A stretch of 64,000 nucleotides of DNA from an uncultured Candidatus Saccharibacteria bacterium (GTDB taxonomy: Bacteria; Patescibacteriota; Saccharimonadia; Saccharimonadales; CAIOMD01): positions 385,934 through 449,933 of the forward strand of contig OY970318.1 of NCBI GenBank assembly GCA_963716565.1, given 5' to 3'. The notes beneath the pieces were generated by a model. It did no database searches and had not been told where the DNA came from. It saw only the letters and a program-made list of their open reading frames with translations. A program made the position numbers and the translations under genes. The stretch's first letter is position 1. Each line of letters starts with the position of its first letter. Below, one piece after another: positions 51,501 to 61,500 of this stretch.

Positions 51501-54500
51501 CAAGCTGGTGCCCAGTATGCCGGTGCCAGATATGTTCATGTGGCCAACTTGTTGGGTGCCGGGGGTATATAATTGTAAGTCAATATTATTTTCGGTAATT
51601 CCCGCCAGCAAATCTGTATTAATAGTCCCGTTATAAAAGTACAGGTTGGTGCCATTCCACCATAAATCACCACTATTAGGAGCAGCTGGGTTAACACCGC
51701 CAGCTGAAGCCGTCACGTTTAATGAAGCCTCTGATGTAGTAGCGGCAGCCACTTGCAAACGAGCCGTTGGGGCAGCTATTCCTACTCCCACATAACCATT
51801 GTTCAATATAGTCATAGCCGTAGTCGCACCGGCGTCGCCGACTTTGAATTGTAAGTTGGCGTTAGTCAGGGTGTTGCCGCCAGACGTAGTACCTTGTAGA
51901 ACTAAAGTACCGTTAGCAGCTGTTGAACCGTAGACGGTTGGCGTGGTAGTAGAAGTAGCAAAGACTGGGTTGGCTACAGTGCTAATCGTTACGGTGTCAG
52001 TAGCTCCGGCTACGGTAGTGATGTTAGTACCTTGAGCTATGGTAATAGTGTCAGTGTCGGTAATAGATTGGGGGGTACCACTGCTACCGGCTAGGGTTAG
52101 CACGGTCATGCCGGCACCAGCGCCCGCACAGGAACCCCAAGCGGGAGCAGCACCGGTTACGGCTATAAAACATTGCCCTGTTATTCCGGCGCTCGTGGCA
52201 CCCACGGCATTAATACCCCTACCGTACAACACACCATATTGGGTTAAAGTAGTCTCGCCGGTACCACCGTTAGCCACGCCCACAGCAGCCACAGTGCCTA
52301 ACACCCCAGCAGCTGTGTTGGTGACAACGCCAGACGTAGAGAGTCCGCTAAGAGTAATCGTACCAGAAGATGTAATGCCGGCCGCTGTAGCAATTTGACC
52401 ACTTGTATTAACCCTAAACAGATCGCCGCTACCAACAGTTAATAAAGCCAAGGGCGAGGTGTCGCCAATACCTATACTACCAGTACTAATCACTACCAAC
52501 CTGTCATTCGTACCTAGCGCAGTGGTCGAGATCTTGAATTTATCGGTATCGCTATCGTCTACACCAATGGTAAAAGCGTTAGTGCCATCAGCTAGTTCAA
52601 AGCCAAATTGGCTATCATAGCTACCAGCATTGGTATTAGACACCGTAATCTGGGTATTAGCCGCCGTGGCACTCATAACTTCCAGCTTTTGGTCGGGCGA
52701 AGAATTACTAATGCCCACATTGCCGCTGGTAACTAGTACTGTCATTCTTTGAGTGGCGATGCTGCTTTCTACAATCGAGAAGCTGGCTCCCCCAGGCGCC
52801 GATTCATTGTGCCACTTATTGGCTCCGTTTTCGGCGAAATATTGCGTAGCAGAGTAGCCCAATGGGGCATTTACTGTAGATCCTACATTTGCCCCAGTTC
52901 CAGACACCTCTAGCTGGGTGGCCGGTGCCGCCGTCCCTACCCCCACATAGCCATTGTTCCGTATAGTCATAGCCGTAGTCGCACCAGCGTCACCAACTTT
53001 GAATACCAAGTTAGCGTTTGTAGCAGTATTACCAGCTACCGCCGAGTTGCCTTGCAGGGTTAGAGTACCGTTAGCGGCTGTTGAGCCGTAAACGGTTGGG
53101 GTAGTTGTGGATGTGGCGAAAGTTGGGTTGTCGACAGTGCTAATCGTTACAGTGTCAGTAGCTCCAGCTACGGTAGTGATGTTAGTACCTTGAGCTATGG
53201 TAATAGTGTCAGTGTCGGTAATAGATTGGGGGGTGCCACTGCTACCGGCTAGGGTTAAGGAGTTCATGCCACTGCCACCTACTCCACAAGCTCCCCAGCT
53301 AGGTGCGGCTCCAGTAGTGCCAATTAGACATTGGCCAGTCGCACCAGCGGCTGTAGCTTGGATAGCGCTAGTAGTATTGCCGTACAGAACGCCGTATTGA
53401 GCGAAGGTAGCGGCACCAGTACCACCGTTAACTACGTCTACGGTAGCTACGGTACCAATTACTCCAGCCGCCGTGTTAGTGACTATGCCAGCAGTAGATA
53501 GGTTGTTAACCGTTAGGCTACTAGCCGTTAGGCCACCATTGAAGGCGGAAGCTGTAGAAGTATTAGCCCCTCTACCAGTAACGTCAGCTAGGTCGTCGGC
53601 TTCGGCAGTCAGGTAGCTGCCAGCTGGTTGTTTGTTATTGAAGATATTCCAATCGGTGTCGCTTAAAGCACCAGTGGTAGCAGCCGAAGCTAGAGCTAAG
53701 CTGAGTTGTTGGGTGCTTAAGCCCAGTCCGTTAGCGGTACCTAGGGTGACGGCACTATGTAAGTCGCTAGTTAAAGCTACTACGCCAGTAGCGGCTGGTA
53801 GGGTTAGAGTGTAGTTGTTAGCTGAGGTGTTAGCCGTAGCAATAGTAGTAACGCCAGTGGAAGTACCTTTCATGGCTAACATAGAGTTGTCGAAGGTCTT
53901 GAGAGCGGTAACGCTTTGGGCAGTACCAAGTAGCATATCCCCTACACTCCAGCTGCGGTTAGCACTCAAGTCATAGCTGGTACCGTTAATACTGAGGGTT
54001 CGGGAAGTGGGAACACCACCTAGGCCACCAAGTGAAAGGGCTGACCAACTAGGAATGTTAGTGTTAATACCATCGCCTATGGAAGTTAGAACGTAAGTAT
54101 CGGTGGTAGTGTTGCCGCCTAGTCTAGTTGGTGTGCCAGCTAGGCCGCCGTAGATGAGGTCGCCCAGGGTGGACATAGGGTTAAACATACTAGCTCCGCC
54201 AGCACAGGCTCCCCAAGTGGGAGTGGCGTTAGAACCAGACAACAAACATAGTCCAGCTGTGCCAGTACCGGCTAGTACCTGCATTTGGGTAGCGTTAGTC
54301 CAAACAATACCGCCATTGCTAGCTGTTAGGTTGGCGTTAGTACCGCCATTAGCCAGTGGAACAGTAGCTACCGTACCCAGTACACCGGCAGCGGTGTTAG
54401 TAACTATGCCGGCGGTAAACAGGTTGTTGACGGTTAGGCTAGTAGTAGTTAGGCCACTAGTGAATGATGGGTTGCCAGTAACAGTTTCATTCTGGTTGAG

Positions 54501-55115
54501 ATTGAAGTAGTTATTGCTGGCAGCCGACCAAATAGGATCGGTTTCGGCAGTTAGATAGCCAGACAGGTTGATGTTTGGGACATCAATTACATCACCGCTA
54601 TTGCCAGTTGTAACGATCATTTGGTATTCATCGCCATCGTAGAAGTACAGCTGGTTGGTTTGGTTGTCGACGTAGATTTGGCCAATGCTAGGACTGGTTG
54701 GAGCATCGCCGGGAGTGATTACGACTGAACCATTGACCTGGAGGTGGCCGTTAATGTCTAGTCGGCTAATTTGGCCAAGCAAGGAGTTAAGGTCAATACC
54801 AGAACCGTCAAGCGACAAAGACACCAGGGTGTAGGTATCGCCTTGAGCTGTATCCCCTGTTGGGGGCTTTCGTAACTGGCTGAATATGGCAACTAGAATG
54901 ATGATTAACAAACAGGTCAGCAAACCATAAACCATCATCCAGGTTCGGCGCTTTTTAGATTGGTAGCCGGGATAAGGTTGTGATGGGGCTGGTGTTACTG
55001 GTGCTACTGGGGAGGTGGTGCTGTTTTCTAGCACGCTGGGCTGGGGCACAACAATGCCGTCTGACATGGGGCTGATGGTTGGTGGAGTTGGGGTTGGCGT
55101 AATGTCTGGGTTCAT
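48561..55115 (-). CDS. Giant membrane-anchored fibre/adhesin C (2184 aa), paralogue of B with a different 7-blade propeller
   Basis: First ~680 aa nearly identical to B; S74 block identical to B; propeller divergent. Confidence 0.85.
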   Translation of the reverse strand: MNPDITPTPTPPTISPMSDGIVVPQPSVLENSTTSPVAPVTPAPSQPYPGYQSKKRRTWMMVYGLLTCLLIIILVAIFSQLRKPPTGDTAQGDTYTLVSLSLDGSGIDLNSLLGQISRLDINGHLQVNGSVVITPGDAPTSPSIGQIYVDNQTNQLYFYDGDEYQMIVTTGNSGDVIDVPNINLSGYLTAETDPIWSAASNNYFNLNQNETVTGNPSFTSGLTTTSLTVNNLFTAGIVTNTAAGVLGTVATVPLANGGTNANLTASNGGIVWTNATQMQVLAGTGTAGLCLLSGSNATPTWGACAGGASMFNPMSTLGDLIYGGLAGTPTRLGGNTTTDTYVLTSIGDGINTNIPSWSALSLGGLGGVPTSRTLSINGTSYDLSANRSWSVGDMLLGTAQSVTALKTFDNSMLAMKGTSTGVTTIATANTSANNYTLTLPAATGVVALTSDLHSAVTLGTANGLGLSTQQLSLALASAATTGALSDTDWNIFNNKQPAGSYLTAEADDLADVTGRGANTSTASAFNGGLTASSLTVNNLSTAGIVTNTAAGVIGTVATVDVVNGGTGAATFAQYGVLYGNTTSAIQATAAGATGQCLIGTTGAAPSWGACGVGGSGMNSLTLAGSSGTPQSITDTDTITIAQGTNITTVAGATDTVTISTVDNPTFATSTTTPTVYGSTAANGTLTLQGNSAVAGNTATNANLVFKVGDAGATTAMTIRNNGYVGVGTAAPATQLEVSGTGANVGSTVNAPLGYSATQYFAENGANKWHNESAPGGASFSIVESSIATQRMTVLVTSGNVGISNSSPDQKLEVMSATAANTQITVSNTNAGSYDSQFGFELADGTNAFTIGVDDSDTDKFKISTTALGTNDRLVVISTGSIGIGDTSPLALLTVGSGDLFRVNTSGQIATAAGITSSGTITLSGLSTSGVVTNTAAGVLGTVAAVGVANGGTGETTLTQYGVLYGRGINAVGATSAGITGQCFIAVTGAAPAWGSCAGAGAGMTVLTLAGSSGTPQSITDTDTITIAQGTNITTVAGATDTVTISTVANPVFATSTTTPTVYGSTAANGTLVLQGTTSGGNTLTNANLQFKVGDAGATTAMTILNNGYVGVGIAAPTARLQVAAATTSEASLNVTASAGGVNPAAPNSGDLWWNGTNLYFYNGTINTDLLAGITENNIDLQLYTPGTQQVGHMNISGTGILGTSLLTPLLDANTAAALNIGTTNATQINLNQDTFVNGNATVESDANSAFVVQNSSNVGLLNADTTNMQVTVTNEDSFDSYMSSVVVWGDRVYDGFKSERGHSVVQTADGGYAVTGYTEYFAAGYPDSNNALIAKYDSNLNLQWDRTWGGTRSDIGYSIIQTSDGGYVITGESGSFEVTTCSSYSPGNCEDMFIAKYDGSGNLLWDAIWAGDGDQHQERGFSVFETVDGDYMVGGQTNSFYAGTSYSNYFLANYDSSGNLLWTKTYGDSDLSFGYKTKMAQTSDGGYLITGSGDGSGGGWAMFFMKIDASGNLLLSRQWDSGGYTYEYGSSIIETADGGYAITGTTDVNDDVYGADDDMFIAKFDSSGNLMWDRTLSSPYNDIDESNAIVQTADGGYVIAGTMLNSTSDYELSLAKFDSSGNFLWVENFVTTGLPYDWGIGWDMVKITSGGFMVVGDSQPIDLNINMILAKFDFQGNIVGCGAHCYTPSVTIRDPSMSAYSPAYITTSQTAIVANPAATTSDPSAYSVSIAGGYQIDALRVKGVLEVASGLPPVGGGGMMMAGFEMATLDDPGLPLLTVGETTTTVGNDLVVNGTATMNDYLVVNGPATIYGYLSATAGPSTQGSIFIDNTNAQMQFGPAGTGNHSFQLWKGGTLFNITGEDLASPMMEFDSGSPTPHYYMDHVPSGSSGYYMCWETTNYEITRGASCSLSSIKYKENVQNLDSALSAIDQLRPVSFDWKASSNTLAADGGIHDYGLIAEEVNELFPEIVGWKNGEINNIKYEGLIPIVIKGIQEQQAEIAVNTSQIDDLNTEISLVSEGLATVQSLLSASGDVELNHLQVNTVNVASLTVTDQAIFEGSVVVKDNLSVGNITVNGHIISAGDTPTVTPGIAAGEGAITEVMGNDTGGTITVTTGEGTTTNDLVELVFSKPFSRQPRVVLTPSNIETSDLLYYADGTVDKFLIRLIEQSPLEQVTYEFNYFIIE

Positions 55116-55342
55116 GCCTACATTCCCCTCTTAGTTAGGCCTGAGGATAAAGAAGCCCTGCTACCAAAAACCACAAAAAGCACCGAACTCATCTTAGCGA
55201 GGGTGCACTTAACAATTTGGCTGGTGTTTTTTTGCCTTGTCATACCTTTGGTTTTATTTTTGTTTAGTACGGTTTGTCTTGATTTGCTTTTTACTGTTTT
55301 GGACAAACTAAGGCTATTGTGGGCCCACTACCTCTGAACTTC

Positions 55343-55525
55343 AAGACATAAAATGTAAAAAAAGTATTCATTCGAAGCTTGGTAAAATACGGTTGTCTCA
55401 CAGTACAAATAGTAGTCATTAATACTACAGTTAAGACAGGGGGTTGCGCTATGCCCCATCTTTATAACTAGAAATATGTTGTAATTACCAATACAGCTGC
55501 TAGCGCTACTCAATACTTATCCACA
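55343..55525 (-). promoter_or_regulatory. Conserved upstream module of gene C
   Basis: ATGAAT-N17-TGTCTT (weak); GTAGT-N7-ACTAC at 55412; GTTGT-N7-AATAC at 55478; TTATCCACA at 55517. Confidence 0.7.
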
Positions 55526-55539
55526 ACTAAAATTTTATT

Positions 55540-58500
55540 TTATTCAATTACTACGTAATCAAAGATGTAGGTAGTATTTTCTTGTGGCAATTGTGTGAGG
55601 TTAATAGTAAAGCCGTCTGATGAAGCACCTCTAAAGATGTTCAATTCGGCGGCATTGGCATCACCTGCCGTTAATATAACTCTTGGCTGCTTGCCAAATG
55701 GTCTATTAAATATCAACTCTACCAATTTATCGGCCAATACATTCTTGCCCGTAGTAATTGTTATGGTTCCGCTGGTGTCATTGCCTAGTACTTCGGTTAC
55801 GGCTCCTTCGCCGGCGGCGACACCAGCTACTATTGTAGGCGTCTCACCAGCGGAGATGATATGCCCATTAACACTCAAGTTAGCCACCTGAACATTACCC
55901 GTTACGGTTAAGTTACCGGTGATAGTAGTTAGATTAAGATCAGAGTTGTATTGTAGATTGCTGCTTAGAGTAGCCACTCTGCTACTTAGTTCTTCTATGG
56001 TTTGTTGTTGTTGTTGAATAGCGGTAGCTAAGTATGGGGTTAGACCAGCGTAAGAGATAGACTTAATGCCCTGGGCGTCGGTATAGACTAAGTCTGGGAA
56101 GAGTTGTTCGTACTCTTGAGCGATGAAGCCAACGTGTAAGGTGTCAGTCTCGGCATCGGCTAGCATGTGGTAAGACACTGTTCTAAGGCCTAGTATCTGA
56201 TTTAGGGCATCACCATAGGTTGTGATGTCTTTCTTGAGTCTTTCGTCGGAAGTACAGGTTATACCGCCAGCCGTATTGGGGGTAACCGTACAGGTGCCAC
56301 CAGCGTTTTCAAAGCGGGCTACGGCAGTGCCATCGGCTACTGAAGCACTGCCAACATGTAACAGATAGCCTGGGGAGGTGTTGGAGATACCCAGATTACC
56401 GGCAGAATTAACGCGAAGTCGTTCTGCGTTATTTGAATATATTGCCGTATACGGTGATCCGCTGTTTGTGCTTACATAAACTCCGCCATATATCGTGCTA
56501 AGACCACTATCATACGCAAGCCAACTAGACGTTCCCGTAGATGATATCACTGCAAGATAGCTCGCATTTCTATTAACACTTTCAACCACAACTGTTGCGT
56601 TAGAAGCAACGTCTCCTGTGTTTGCAGTATTATAGACGTGCAATGAACGCCCTAACGTTGTTATTGGGCTGCCTGTTCCTATCCCCATGTTTCCGCTACT
56701 ATCAATCACCAGCCTGTCATTAGTGCCTAATCCCGTAGTAGAGATCTTGAACTTATCACTATCACTGTCGTCTACACCCATAGTAAATAGGTTCGTGCCG
56801 TCAGTTAGCTCAAAGCCAATTTGGCTATCGTAATCACCAGCGTTAGTATTAGATACTGTTATCTGAGTTAAGGCCGTGCCAGTGTTCATTACTTCTAGCT
56901 TTTGGTCAGGAGAGATGTCGCCGATGCCAAGGTAACCAGCAGTAGTCACCCTAAAGCCTACATTCCACGACGACACTGTTGAGCCAGCGGCTACGCCTGA
57001 GCTATACAAAAGACTAAAGTAATCGCTATTTTTTTGAAGTTGGTAGTTAGAACCAGCATCAGAACTAATCCAGTTTGTACCGTTAAAATACGAATCGAAC
57101 GCCATAGCCATGTTGTCATGCGACTGATTAAGCTGTTGATAAAGCGGATAGGTGTCGGCGGATGTGAATATCTTAATATGAGGTCCAGCTGCTGCACTTG
57201 AGTCTGTACCAGAAAGCGTCAATTTACTATCCGGGCTACTTGCCCCAATACCAATATTACCAGCGAAGTAGTTATTGTTAGCTGAGCTATTGTAAATGCC
57301 AAAGCTGCCGCTTGGTGCCGTTGATGTGCCCATTAACAAATACGTGTTGTTGGTCGCGCCAGCAAGCGAATTAATATTTATGCCAACTTTATTGGTGTTA
57401 GCTTGTACGCCATCAATATAAATTCCCTTCCCAGTCGTCACCGTGCCAGCAACAGTTCCTTGATAAATGTACAGCGGTACTAGTTCGGTGGTAGCCGTAC
57501 TAGCACTAGTGTTAGTGTATACTTCTATGCCTCGCATACTAGAAATTGCACCGCCACCAGTTAGATTATTACCAACAATAAAACGAGAGTTTCTAAACAC
57601 TGCTTGATTGGATGCGGAGCTAGCCGTCAAGGTACGGGCTACCACTAATGACATATCTGCTGTATCGGCAGTATTAACTTGAGTCTGCGTAACCCCAATA
57701 CCAACAGTTGGACCAGATGCAGCAACTTGATCGCTAACATTAAGTCTATAAGAAGGGCTAGCAGTGCCTATGCCAACATTACCTAGGTCATTAACTACCA
57801 ATGCAACTGCGTTGCTAGAATCCCTAGCAATTAGAATGGCTGGCAGTTTATCCGGGCTAGCGTCGTTGGCATTATCACTAAAGGCAGTATTTACAGTTAA
57901 ACTGGTGTTAGAAGCAATGGCGGTGACTGTTCTGGTTTCGCCAGTTACGGTTATTCGATCACCAACTACTAGTTCGGTAGTAAATAAGGTACCTACGCCT
58001 GTTACGGTGGTAGAAGCAGTTGGATCAATACTACCCGTTAAAACACTTGTAGCTGCACCAGTAAAACGACCAGATCCAGCAACATCAAGTTTGGTCAAAG
58101 GCGTAGTAGTGTTAACGCCTACATTCCCAGTAAAATAGCTAGTTCCAGTTATTGTGTTAACGTTAAAGTAAGAAGCCCCAAGTCTATTCACCACATTTAG
58201 AATTGTTCCGTCGCTTGCAGTAGACGAAAGCTGCCCTATGGTTACGTCTTTATCATTCACCAGCAAGGCCCCCCTCGTTCTGCCAGCACCAGCTTTCATA
58301 ACTTCGAAAATACCAGTTGGGTTAGTAGTGCCGATGCCCACATTACCGGAACTATCAATTCGCAAGCGCTCTGATTTTGCTGTAGCACCAATTGCAGTGG
58401 TAGAAAATGTAAAATATGAGCCCCTAGCCGACTCGGTGAAGTTTTCTGCTGCAAACATTTTAATTGCGGCAGCAGTTTCCGTTCCCCAAGTTGACACCCC

Positions 58501-61500
58501 ATAGCCGGAACCTGCAAGGCCACCGAGCTGATCATCAGCCAGGACGGCAGTCGGCGAAGCGGCAGTTCCCCTTGCCCTTCTTGCAACAAACGCAGAACCG
58601 CTTGATGTGCCATAACTACTAAGTGTCATTTTTAGGTCAGCATCACTCGACAACTCTAGCAAAGAACTCGGGGCTGTCGTCCCTATCCCAACATAGCCAC
58701 TGGTATTCATGACGCTTAATCTATTTACGTTGTTGGTTCTAAGATGAAAATCATGTGACGTCATAGATCCAGCAAAAACACTACTACTACCACCCGAAAC
58801 ACCCATAACAAACTCTATATCATTTGTTACGTCCCTACCCATAAAATATGCTTGACCGGAACCCTGCACAGAAATGGCTGAGTCCATTTGTGCTTGACTT
58901 ATAAGAGCTGGAGAACTTTCTATGCTTTGCCCGGGTTGCACAACTGAAAGACGAAAAGTTGGAGCCGTAGTGCCAATACCAACATTGCCATTCATCATAA
59001 AAGCTGAATATGTTCCATCGCCGTTCAAATAGGCGGGTTTAGCGTTTGAATATAAAGCATAGCTACTACCGGCTAGGTCAGAAGCAGAGCCAAGAGTCGC
59101 ATAACCAGATGAGTTCACCCTACCAGTAACAACGGATGCACCATTGCCAAACAAAACCCCCCCCGTACCAGCATCGTAACTAAGGTAGACGGAACCAGTA
59201 CTATAAGGATTAAGAACTAAATTATTTGTCGCGACTCCTCTTATTGATGGAACAGTCGGCGAGTTAACACCACCCGAGTAAATATCTAAATAGCTACCAA
59301 CACTTAAATTCTGCCTTGGGGCTGTATTGCCACTGATACCAATATTCCCACTACTATCTATTACTAGCCTGTCATTAGTACCTAATGCAGTGGTAGAGAT
59401 TTTGAATTTATCACTATCGCTATCATCTACACCAAGCGTAAAAGTATTTGTGCCATCGGCCAGCTCAAAGCCGATTTGGGCATCATAGCTACCGGCATTG
59501 ATGTTGGAAACTGTCAACTGGGTATTAGCCGCCGTAGCACTCATAACTTCTAGTCTTTGGTCGGATGAAGAGTCGCCGATACCAACATTACCGCTACTTA
59601 ATATTCTCATCGATTCCGTAAGGGTTGAATCCGTTACGTTGCGTCGAGTAGAAAAGATAATATCCCCCCTGGTGTTACTACTGCCGTCGGTGACGTATCC
59701 TTTAATTGCAGCAAATTTCCACTGTTGGCTACCAGCACTGAAAACAATAGCCCCTCCGTTTCCGACTGCTCCTCCTGCACCACCATCTAATAGCAAAGCG
59801 CCTCCCATTGCCCCTGCTGTATTAAAATCTCCAGTAGTTTGACCAGTTCCTGTCACAACAAGCTGAGATTGGGGGTTGGTAGCTCCTACTCCCACATAAC
59901 CATTGTTTAGAATAGTCATAGCCGTAGTCGCACCAGCGTCACCAACCTTGAACTGTAAGTTAGCGTTAGTTAGGGTGTTGCCAGCTACAGCCGAGTTGCC
60001 TTGTAGGGTTAGAGTACCATTAGCAGCTGTTGAACCGTAAACGGTTGGGGTAGTTGTGGATGTGGCGAAAGTTGGGTTGTCGACAGTGCTAATCGTTACG
60101 GTGTCAGTAGCTCCAGCTACGGTAGTGATGTTAGTACCTTGAGCTATGGTAATAGTGTCGGTGTCGGTAATGGATTGGGGGGTACCACTGCTACCGGCTA
60201 GGGTTAAGGAGTTCATGCCACTGCCACCTACTCCACAAGCTCCCCAGCTAGGTGCCGCTCCAGTAGTGCCAATTAGACATTGGCCAGTTGCACCGGCGGC
60301 TGTAGCTTGGATAGCGCTAGTAGTATTGCCGTACAGAACGCCGTATTGAGCGAAGGTAGCGGCACCAGTACCACCGTTAACTACGTCTACGGTAGCTACG
60401 GTACCAATTACTCCAGCCGCCGTGTTAGTGACTATGCCAGCAGTAGATAGGTTGTTAACCGTTAGGCTACTAGCCGTTAGGCCACCATTGAAGGCGGAAG
60501 CTGTAGAAGTATTAGCCCCTCTACCAGTAACGTCAGCTAGGTCGTCGGCTTCGGCAGTCAGGTAGCTGCCAGCTGGTTGTTTGTTATTGAAGATATTCCA
60601 ATCGGTGTCGCTTAAAGCACCAGTGGTAGCAGCCGAAGCTAGAGCTAAGCTGAGTTGTTGGGTGCTTAAGCCCAGTCCGTTAGCGGTACCTAGGGTGACG
60701 GCACTATGTAAGTCGCTAGTTAAAGCTACTACGCCAGTAGCGGCTGGTAGGGTTAGAGTGTAGTTGTTAGCTGAGGTGTTAGCCGTAGCAATAGTAGTAA
60801 CGCCAGTGGATGTACCTTTCATGGCCAGCATAGAGTTGTCGAAGGTCTTTAGAGCAGTAACGCTTTGGGCAGTACCCAGTAGCATGTCCCCTACACTCCA
60901 GCTGCGGTTAGCCGTTAGATCATAGCTGGTGCCGTTAATGCTGAGAGTTCGGGAGGTGGGGACGCCACCACCTGGGCACACATCCCAGCTAGGAGTAGTA
61001 TTAGAGCCAGACAATAAACACAGTCCAGCGGTAGCTGTGCCAGATAATACTTGCATTTGAGTGGCGCTAGTCCAGACAATACCACCATTGCTGGCTGTTA
61101 GGTCAGCGTTAGTGCCACCGTTAGCCAGTGGAACAGTAGCTACGGTACCAATTACTCCAGCCGCGGTGTTAGTGACCATGCCGGCGGTGTTAAGGGCAGA
61201 AAATGTTATTGTTCCAGAGCTAGTTATGCCAGCAGCTGCAGCAATTTGACCGCTAGTATTTACCTGGAATAAATCGCCGCTACCAACCGTCAACATGGCT
61301 AATGGAGAGGTATCGCCAATGCCAAAGTTGCCAGCCGCAAACCTACCCCATTCAGTAACAAGACCTGTAGTGCCAGCTCCAAAAATCATCGGTCGGCTAG
61401 ATGAACCATTAAGAATATTTAGGCTTGTAGTAGCCGAGGAGGCACGTATAAAAGCCGCTGATGGATTTGAGGTACCACTAGAACTAAGACCTATTTCTAT